Below are positions 57,215 through 64,000 of a stretch of DNA of 64,000 nt, in pieces. The stretch comes from an uncultured Gemmatimonadales bacterium (GTDB lineage Bacteria > Gemmatimonadota > Gemmatimonadetes > Gemmatimonadales > GWC2-71-9), in NCBI GenBank assembly GCA_963739455.1, contig CAVUAK010000001.1, positions 64,001-128,000 on the forward strand, written 5' to 3'. Positions within the stretch are counted from its first letter, which is position 1. Each line of letters opens with the position of its first letter. Under the pieces are notes generated by a model. That model searched no databases, had not been told where the DNA came from, and worked only from the letters and a program-made list of their open reading frames with translations. A program made the translations under genes and the position numbers.

Positions 57215-57312
57215 TGGCCGGGAGGACGGGGCGCCCCGAGACGGGATCGTAGAACGCAGAGCTCGGTGGCCAGGAGGGATGGGGCGCCCGGCGAAGGGGA
57301 TCGTAGAACGCA
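57215..57312. repeat. Imperfect direct duplication (about 52-54 bp period) in the divergent intergenic region
   Basis: GGGATCGTAGAACGCA identical at 57243 and 57297, each preceded by TGGCC..GGAGG..GGGGCGCCC. Confidence 0.8.
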
Positions 57313-57437
57313 CCGTTGCATCGGATCGACGGGGAACTCCGGCGTGCGTTCTCCTTTCCCCGAGCCGGGCGCCCCGCCCGACGGGCCACACCGAGTGACT
57401 CTACCGGCCCCTCGAACGCTCGCTTATGGTGTTGGTC

Positions 57438-58346
57438 ATGAACTCCATGTCTGGCGTGTTCGCCCCGGTGGTCACGCCTTTCCGCCCCAATCTCGAGCCC
57501 GACCCCGATCGCCTCATCCGCCATTGCCGCTGGCTCCTGGCCAACGACGTCGGCCTGGCCGTCTTCGGCACCAACTCCGAGGGCAACTCCCTCTCGGTCG
57601 ACGAGCGCATCAGTCTCCTGGACGCCCTGGTCGACGCCGGCATCGACCCCGCTCGCATGATGCCCGGCACCGGCTGCAGCGCCTTCACCGACACCGTTCG
57701 CCTCACCGCGCACGCCGTCAAGCTCGGCTGCGGTGGTGCCCTCATGCTCCCGCCCTTCTTCTACAAGAACCTGAGCGACGAGGGCGTGTTCCGTACCTAC
57801 TCCGAGATCATCCAGCGCGTCGGCGACACTCGCCTCCGCGTCTTGCTCTATCACATCCCCCAGTTCTCCATGGTGCCGATCACGATCGCACTCACCGAGC
57901 GCTTGCTGGCGGCCTACCCCGGTCAGGTCGCCGGCATGAAGGACAGCAGTGGCGACTGGTCCAACACCGCGGCGTTCCTCGATGCCTTCGCTGCTGACGG
58001 CTTCCAGGTCTTCCCCGCCGCGGAGACGATGTTGCTGAAGGCACTCCCGCTGCGCGCCGCCGGCTGCATCAGCGCCACCGCCAACGTGAACCCCGGCCCC
58101 ATCGCCGACATGTACCGCACCTGGCGCGATCCCGGCGCCGACGCGAAGCAGGCTCGGCTCGACGTCATCCGCGCCATCTTCGCCCGGTTCCCCATGATCC
58201 CCGGCCTCAAGGCCGCCGTCGCTCACTTCAGCGGTGACCCTGACTGGCGCACCGTCCGCCCGCCCCTTACGTCGATCGAGCCACAGGTGGAGCAGGATCT
58301 TCTCTCCGCCCTCAATGACGCAGGCTTCACCATGCCCGGCCTCTAA
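57438..58346 (+). CDS. DHDPS/NAL-family class I aldolase (not canonical DapA)
   Basis: PVVTPF, GTNSEG, LPPFFYK, LYHIP, GMKDS. Confidence 0.85.
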   Translation: MNSMSGVFAPVVTPFRPNLEPDPDRLIRHCRWLLANDVGLAVFGTNSEGNSLSVDERISLLDALVDAGIDPARMMPGTGCSAFTDTVRLTAHAVKLGCGGALMLPPFFYKNLSDEGVFRTYSEIIQRVGDTRLRVLLYHIPQFSMVPITIALTERLLAAYPGQVAGMKDSSGDWSNTAAFLDAFAADGFQVFPAAETMLLKALPLRAAGCISATANVNPGPIADMYRTWRDPGADAKQARLDVIRAIFARFPMIPGLKAAVAHFSGDPDWRTVRPPLTSIEPQVEQDLLSALNDAGFTMPGL

Positions 58347-58353
58347 CGGATCA

Positions 58354-58428
58354 CTCACCCCCCTCACCCCTCACCCCTCACCCCTCACCACCTCCCCGCC
58401 TTCCCCGCCCTCCCCGCCCTCCCCGCCT
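58354..58428. repeat. Composite tandem array: (CCCTCAC)x4 followed by (TCCCCGCCY)x4
   Basis: Read directly; fills most of the intergenic space before the helicase gene. Confidence 0.92.
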
Positions 58429-58440
58429 TATGTTCCCTTC

Positions 58441-60123
58441 ATGACAACCTTCAAGTCCCTCGGCCTCGCCCCCGCCCTCGTCGAAGCCCTCACGGCACTC
58501 GGCTACGAGGAACCCACCCCCGTCCAGCGCGAGTCGATCCCGCCCCTCCTCGAGGGACGTGATCTCCTGGGACAGGCCGCCACCGGCACCGGCAAGACCG
58601 CCGCCTTCGCCCTCCCGCTGCTGCAGCAGCTGTCGAAGGAGGCGCCCGAGCCCAGCCGCCCCGCGGTGCTCGTGCTCGTCCCCACCCGCGAACTCGCCAT
58701 GCAGGTCGCCGAGGCCTTTCATCGCTACGGCCGCGCCGTTGGCGCCCGCACCGTGCCGATCTATGGAGGACAGTCGTTCAGCCAGCAGATTTCCGTGCTC
58801 CGTCGAGGCGTGCATGTCGTTGTCGCCACGCCCGGTCGCGCACTCGATCACATCCGGCGCAACACCCTCGACCTGAGCGGCATCCTGGCCATCGTGCTCG
58901 ACGAAGCCGACGAGATGCTCGACATGGGGTTCGCCGATGAGCTCGAGGCCATTCTCGAGGCGGCTCCGGCGAAGCGGCAGACCGCGCTCTTCTCCGCGAC
59001 GCTCCCTGCGCGCATCGCCAAGATCGCCGAGCGTCACCTCGACGATCCAGTCCGCGTGCTCGTGCTCAGCGAGAAGACCCCGGCAGGTGCACTCCCCAAG
59101 GTCCGCCAGACCGCGTACGTCCTGTCACGCGCGCAGAAGGTCCCGGCACTCGGCCTGGTGCTCGACCTCGAGGCCCCGACGCTTGCTCTCGTCTTCTGTC
59201 GCACTCGTCACGAGGTGGACAACCTCGCCGAGAGCCTCTCCGGTCGCGGCTATCGGGTCGAGGCCCTGCATGGCGGACTCAACCAGCTCCAGCGCGACCG
59301 CGTCATGAAGCGCGCCCGCGGCGGCACTGTTGACGTCCTCGTCGCCACCGACGTCGCCGCGCGTGGGCTCGACATCGAGCACATCACCCACGTCATCAAC
59401 TTCGATGTCCCCGAGTCGCCCCAGACCTATGTGCACCGCATTGGCCGCACCGGTCGCGCCGGGCGTGAGGGCGTGGCAATCACCTTCGCCGAGCCGCGCG
59501 AGCACCGGTTGCTGCGCAGCATCGAGTCGATGACCAAGCAGAAGATCAGCGTGGCTCCGCTCCCCACCGTGCATGACATCAAGGCCAAGCGGCTGGAGAT
59601 CACCCGCGCCGACATCCGCGAGACCATCCAGGCCGGCGGCCTCGACAAGTATCGCGTGGTGGTGGAGACGCTTTCGGAAGAGTTCGACATCATGGACATC
59701 GCCGCGGCGGCGGTACAGCTCGCCCATCAGGCCGAGGCGGGAGAGGAGCCGGTCGAGATCCCGCCTGCGCCCGAGCCCACGAGGCGCGAGCGCCCCGCGA
59801 AGACCGACAAGTACGCGAAGCATGGCGACAAGTCCGAGCGGCCCGCCAGGAAGCCCGCCGGTCGCGGCCCGAAGATGGTCCGCGTCTTCATCGGCTCAGG
59901 CAAGACCGCCAACATGCGCCCCGCCGACCTCGTCGGCGCCATTGCCAACGAGGCCGGTATCGAGGCCAAGAGCATCGGCAGCATCGAGATCAGTGAGAAG
60001 TTTTCGCTGGTGGAGTTGCCCGAGGAACTGGTCGACGACGTCATCAAGGCGCTGCGCAGCACCACGATCAAGGGGAAGAAGCAGACCGTCCGCCGCGACG
60101 CCGCGAACAGGCGGGGCTCGTAG
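58441..60123 (+). CDS. deaD: DEAD-box RNA helicase with C-terminal DbpA-type RNA-binding domain (DeaD/CsdA-like)
   Basis: Q motif, ATGTGKT, PTRELA, DEAD, SAT, ARGLD, HRIGRTGRAG, RPADLVGAIANE. Confidence 0.9.
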   Translation: MTTFKSLGLAPALVEALTALGYEEPTPVQRESIPPLLEGRDLLGQAATGTGKTAAFALPLLQQLSKEAPEPSRPAVLVLVPTRELAMQVAEAFHRYGRAVGARTVPIYGGQSFSQQISVLRRGVHVVVATPGRALDHIRRNTLDLSGILAIVLDEADEMLDMGFADELEAILEAAPAKRQTALFSATLPARIAKIAERHLDDPVRVLVLSEKTPAGALPKVRQTAYVLSRAQKVPALGLVLDLEAPTLALVFCRTRHEVDNLAESLSGRGYRVEALHGGLNQLQRDRVMKRARGGTVDVLVATDVAARGLDIEHITHVINFDVPESPQTYVHRIGRTGRAGREGVAITFAEPREHRLLRSIESMTKQKISVAPLPTVHDIKAKRLEITRADIRETIQAGGLDKYRVVVETLSEEFDIMDIAAAAVQLAHQAEAGEEPVEIPPAPEPTRRERPAKTDKYAKHGDKSERPARKPAGRGPKMVRVFIGSGKTANMRPADLVGAIANEAGIEAKSIGSIEISEKFSLVELPEELVDDVIKALRSTTIKGKKQTVRRDAANRRGS

Positions 60124-60209
60124 GTCATTGCGAGGCCGCGAAGCGGCTGAAGCAATCCCGGTGCATCGGCACGGAGCGCCCCGAGTCATCCTGAGCGAAG
60201 CGAAGGATC
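60124..60209 (+). repeat. Two GTC-tagged REP-like palindromes
   Basis: GTCATTGCGAGGCCGCGAAGCGGCTGAAGCAATC (60124..60157) and GTCATCCTGAGCGAAGCGAAGGATC (60185..60209). Confidence 0.7.
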
Positions 60210-60251
60210 GTTCGACTGTCTGGTGAACAATGCTGAGGCCGAGAGACGACC

Positions 60252-60695
60252 ATGCCCGCCCGCAAGACAGGCAAGGCCCTGCCGAAGACCATGCTCACCG
60301 GCAAGGCGAGCCCCGCAAAGGCGGCGAACGGTGACAAGCCCGTCTTTGCCTACATCGCCAGCCTGCCCGAACCTCAGCGCGGCATCGCCGAACGAGTCGA
60401 TGCCCTCGCGGCGAGGACGCTCCCCGGCTTGCAGCGCTCCGTGAAGTGGGGCATGTCGTACTATGGCGTCGGCGATGGCTGGTGCTTCTCTTGCGGTGCC
60501 TTCGACAGCCACGTCAAGCTCATGTTCATCAACGGCGTGGCACTCAAGCCCGTGCCGCCGGTGACGCCGGTGGCCATGGGCAAGTCGACGCGGGGCATCG
60601 AACTCGAATCGGGGGAAGACCTCGACGAACGCCAGATCGCCGCGTGGATGAAACAGGTTGCGGCCATGCCCGGTGTCGGGGGCAGGAAACGCTAG
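60252..60695 (+). CDS. DUF1801 (YdhG-like) domain protein
   Basis: VFAYIASLPEPQR, RSVKWGMSYY, HVKLMFINGVAL. Confidence 0.8.
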   Translation: MPARKTGKALPKTMLTGKASPAKAANGDKPVFAYIASLPEPQRGIAERVDALAARTLPGLQRSVKWGMSYYGVGDGWCFSCGAFDSHVKLMFINGVALKPVPPVTPVAMGKSTRGIELESGEDLDERQIAAWMKQVAAMPGVGGRKR

Positions 60696-60731
60696 GCACG
60701 TGCTCGTCCCAGCGGAATCGGAGCGTCTCAT

Positions 60732-60857
60732 AGGTCAGGTCAGGGGTGGTCGCCTCGAGAACACCATCTGCGGCGGCACGGACGCAGGAGCCCTGGTTGC
60801 GGAGGTATTTCCAGGCCGCAGCGGGTGTTCGAGAGGCGGCCACTCCTGACCTGACCT
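60732..60857. mobile_element. MITE-like 126-bp element with 43-bp imperfect terminal inverted repeats and CAT direct flanks
   Basis: Left arm 60732..60774 vs reverse complement of 60815..60857: 37/43 identical; CAT at 60729..60731 and 60858..60860. Confidence 0.6.
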
Positions 60858-60942
60858 CATCCGAACCGGCCGCGCCAGACCCGCCGCTGCGACTCCCCGG
60901 CCGCGCCATTATCATCCTCGCTTACCCACACCAGGGTCCTCT

Positions 60943-63852
60943 CTGAACAACTCAGTCGCCCGCCTCACCGCCGCCCTCGCCAGCCGCTACCGCATCGAAC
61001 GCGAGCTTGGCCAGGGCGGCATGGCCACCGTCTATCTCGCCGAGGACCTCAAGCACCACCGTCGTGTCGCCATCAAGGTGCTGCGTCCTGAGCTGGCCGC
61101 GTCGCTCGGCGCCGAGCGCTTCAGTCGCGAGATCGAGGTCGCCGCCCGCCTCCAGCACCCCCACATCCTGGGCGTGCTCGATTCCGGCGACGCCGATGGC
61201 TTCTTCTACTACGTCATGCCCTACGTCGAGGGCGAGACCCTCCGCGACCGCCTCGCTCGTTCCGGCGAGCTCCCCGTCGCGGACGCCGTGAGGCTCCTCT
61301 CCGAGGTCGCCGAGGCACTCTCCGTCGCCCATCGTGCTGGCGTGGTCCACCGCGACATCAAGCCCGAGAACGTCCTCCTCTCCGGCCGCCATGCCATGGT
61401 CATGGACTTCGGCGTCGCCAAGGCCGTCACCGAGGCCACCGGTGAGCACAACCTCACGAGCGTCGGCGTGGCACTCGGCACTCCGTCATACATGGCACCT
61501 GAGCAAGCGTCCGCCGACCCACAAATGGACGCGCGCGTCGACATCTATGCCGTCGGCGTCATGGGCTACGAGATGCTGACCGGGCACACGCCCTTCCCCG
61601 GTCTCAACCCGCAACAGACGCTGGCAGCGCACGTCACCCAGGCGCCGATCCCGGTGGGGCAGCAGCGCGCGGGCCTGTCACCCGTGCTCGACGCCGTCAT
61701 CATGCGCTGCCTGGCAAAGCGTCCAGCCGATCGCTACCAGACCGCCGATGATCTGGTGACGGCACTCGAGCCACTCACCGCGTCGAGTGGTGGAATCACG
61801 CCGACGCACACGCAGGCGGTGCCGTCGCTCGCAATGGCACCCGCGAAGAAGCCCGTCCGCACATACGCCATTGCGGGGGCCGCAGCACTCGCACTCATCG
61901 CGGCGCTCTTCACGTGGAAGCCCTGGGACCGCACCGCTGCGAAGCCGCTTGATGCCAACGTCGTCGCGGTCATGCCCTTCCGCGTCGCCGGCGCCGATCC
62001 CAGCGTCCAGTATCTCCGCCAGGGCATGCTCGACCTTCTGCAAGCCAAGCTCACTGGCCAGGGCGGTCCCCGCGCCGCCGATACCCGCTCCGTCCTCGCC
62101 GCCGTGCGCGATGGCGGCGGCACCGACACCCAGGACCTCGACGGCACCGGCGTGGCCACGCTCGCGAAGAAGATTGGTGCCGGCCGGGTACTGCAGGGCA
62201 GTATCGTCGGTCCGGCCGATCACCTTGTCATCAGTGGCTCGCTGCTGGAGATGCCGGGCGGCAGGACCATCGCCCAGACCAGCGTGGAAGGCCCGAAGGA
62301 CAGCCTCTTCACTCTCGTCGACCGCTTCACGGCGCAGCTCTTGGCACTCGGTGCCGGGGCGAGCCAGAACCAGCTGAGCACGCTCACCACCACCAACCTC
62401 GACGCACTGCGCGCCTACCTCGACGGCGTCACTGCCTACCGGCGCGCCGCCTTCCAGGTGGCGACACCGCTGCTCGAGAATGCGGTGTCACTCGACTCTA
62501 CCTTCGCCCTCGCTCTCTCTGCACTCATCGAAGCCGACGGCTGGCACACTGCGAACGGTGACATGAACCGGGTCCGCCGCCTCGCATGGCAGTATCGCGA
62601 CCGGCTCAACCCGCAGGACCAGCTCTTCCTCTCCCTGCGACTCGGCTCGGCCTGGCCGAAGTACACGCCCTGGAATGTGCAGATCGCCGACGCCGAGAAG
62701 GCGATCCAGCGCATGCCCGAGAGCGCCGACGCCTGGTACTACCTCGGCGACGCGCTCTTCCACTTCGGCCTCCTCAGCGACGTGCCCGATCCCCAGCCGC
62801 GCGCGCGTCGCGCGTTCGAGCAGGCGTTCCAGCGTGATTCGCTGTATGGCGCCCCGGTGCAGCACCTCGCCGCCCTGACCTTCGCCACAGGCGATACCGC
62901 GGCGCAGCGGCTCTGGACGAAGCGGTTGGAATCACTCGACGCGGCGGCGGAGGGCGTCTACAACTCCCGCTGGCAACTCCTGTCCGCCATGCATGATGCG
63001 AAGGGCGTGACGGCGTGGCTCGCAGTCATCGATACCTTGGCCGCTGACGCTCCCGGCGCGCTCATCCTCATGAACTCCCTCGACAGCACCACCATCGCGC
63101 ACCAGGACGACTTCTTCGACATGGTGCGGCGGAAGGCGACGTCGAAGGCCGAGCGGAACGAGATGGCATTCGCCCGCACGCTGGTGCTCATGAACCGCGG
63201 TCGTGCTGCTGACGCGGGACGCATGCTCGATACGCTCGCCACCATCGGACCCAGCGCTGATGTGCTTCTTCGACTGCTGGGCGGCATCTATGGCGGTGGG
63301 CCGACGCCCGATACCACCAGGATGGAGCCGGAGCAGGTCGACTACTGGCGGCTCTCACAGGGAGATACTGTCGCCGGCAAGCGGGTCGTTGCCGTCTTCA
63401 ACCAGCGCGCCTTGACCGACACCCTTCAGCGGGTCTGGTACGCGATTGCACCCCTCGCCGAGGCGATGCTCGCAGTGAGCCGGGGAGATTCGAAGGCCGC
63501 CCAGCTGGTTGACCGTGCCGATTCACTCTGGATCGGCCGCGAAGGCAACCAGTTCTGGGCGTCGATCCAGCTGGCGCGCTTGTATGAGGCCCAGGGTCGC
63601 ACCGATCGCGCGCTCCGCGCGGTACGCCGACGCTGGCAGCCGCTGGGCCAGCCGGCCATTCAGATGCTCGCCGAGTCCTATCGTCTCGAGGGACAGCTCG
63701 CCGCCAAGCTCGGCGATCGCCAGGCGGCCATAGCGGCCTACAAGAACTATCTGAAGCTACGGTTCGATCCCGATTCGTCCCGCATTCCCCAGCGCGACAG
63801 CGTCCGCGCCGAGTACGCCGCCATCGCCGACGTCGAGAAGCAGAAGCCGTGA
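60943..63852 (+). CDS. Ser/Thr kinase K6 with TM segment, TolB-N-like and TPR domains
   Basis: Homology extends 26 codons upstream of ATG 61021 to an in-frame CTG; HRDIKPEN, DFG, GTPSYMAPEQ; VAVMPF; TPR-like helices. Confidence 0.9.
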   Translation: MNNSVARLTAALASRYRIERELGQGGMATVYLAEDLKHHRRVAIKVLRPELAASLGAERFSREIEVAARLQHPHILGVLDSGDADGFFYYVMPYVEGETLRDRLARSGELPVADAVRLLSEVAEALSVAHRAGVVHRDIKPENVLLSGRHAMVMDFGVAKAVTEATGEHNLTSVGVALGTPSYMAPEQASADPQMDARVDIYAVGVMGYEMLTGHTPFPGLNPQQTLAAHVTQAPIPVGQQRAGLSPVLDAVIMRCLAKRPADRYQTADDLVTALEPLTASSGGITPTHTQAVPSLAMAPAKKPVRTYAIAGAAALALIAALFTWKPWDRTAAKPLDANVVAVMPFRVAGADPSVQYLRQGMLDLLQAKLTGQGGPRAADTRSVLAAVRDGGGTDTQDLDGTGVATLAKKIGAGRVLQGSIVGPADHLVISGSLLEMPGGRTIAQTSVEGPKDSLFTLVDRFTAQLLALGAGASQNQLSTLTTTNLDALRAYLDGVTAYRRAAFQVATPLLENAVSLDSTFALALSALIEADGWHTANGDMNRVRRLAWQYRDRLNPQDQLFLSLRLGSAWPKYTPWNVQIADAEKAIQRMPESADAWYYLGDALFHFGLLSDVPDPQPRARRAFEQAFQRDSLYGAPVQHLAALTFATGDTAAQRLWTKRLESLDAAAEGVYNSRWQLLSAMHDAKGVTAWLAVIDTLAADAPGALILMNSLDSTTIAHQDDFFDMVRRKATSKAERNEMAFARTLVLMNRGRAADAGRMLDTLATIGPSADVLLRLLGGIYGGGPTPDTTRMEPEQVDYWRLSQGDTVAGKRVVAVFNQRALTDTLQRVWYAIAPLAEAMLAVSRGDSKAAQLVDRADSLWIGREGNQFWASIQLARLYEAQGRTDRALRAVRRRWQPLGQPAIQMLAESYRLEGQLAAKLGDRQAAIAAYKNYLKLRFDPDSSRIPQRDSVRAEYAAIADVEKQKP

Positions 63853-63890
63853 ACAAGGGCACGAGTCGGCGCACCGGTAGGTGACCAGAG

Positions 63891-64000
63891 GTGCCGACAC
63901 CACCGCCGGACCAGGATGCGACAAGCCAGGACCTTCGGTGGCGTGAAGTCCGCAATATCGTACTCGCACGCGACGGCCACGCCTGCAGGTCGTGCGGGGC
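63891..64000 (+). CDS. Probable HNH endonuclease, N-terminal part (truncated by the window edge)
   Basis: Manual translation from GTG: MPTPPPDQDATSQDLRWREVRNIVLARDGHACRSCG, the W..R..VL.RD...CxxCG pattern that precedes HNH cores. Confidence 0.65.
   Translation, partial: MPTPPPDQDATSQDLRWREVRNIVLARDGHACRSCG

Noticed and set aside
55665..58367. 900-aa minus-strand ORF as a single protein
   Set aside because: The first ~400 codons are antisense to the DHDPS-family gene and intergenic DNA; aldolase homology starts at ATG 57173.

Overview
High-GC, gene-dense bacterial chromosome segment. Gene content and the expanded Hanks-type kinase family suggest Gemmatimonadota (inference). In order, the window holds: (1) a minus-strand nucleotide/nucleoside salvage operon (double-domain secreted nucleotidase, small beta-grasp protein, add, two nupC, PNP); (2) a divergent phosphate cluster (arsR-phoB-phoR, STAS protein, phosphate porin, pstSCAB1B2-phoU-ppx) with 11-bp-spaced GTTACA-like boxes; (3) ClC-CBS, deoC, rhomboid, a secreted TPR protein and an envelope operon; (4) a region of about 37 kb with six membrane Ser/Thr kinases (five with PD40 propellers, one with TPR), a relic of a seventh, a PP2C phosphatase, secreted peptidases, larCEB without larA, a VapBC module, sugar aldolases, a DEAD-box helicase, a MITE-like element and the start of an HNH nuclease gene. 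Many genes, including housekeeping ones, carry single-base frameshifts, most likely long-read indel errors. The most unusual signal is a set of 7/8/9/21-bp tandem repeat families. They sit just downstream of stop codons, and the 7-9-bp families also occur at two recurrent sites inside the kinase genes. The coding copies of the CTGACGA heptamer read TCA wherever an in-frame TGA would otherwise fall.
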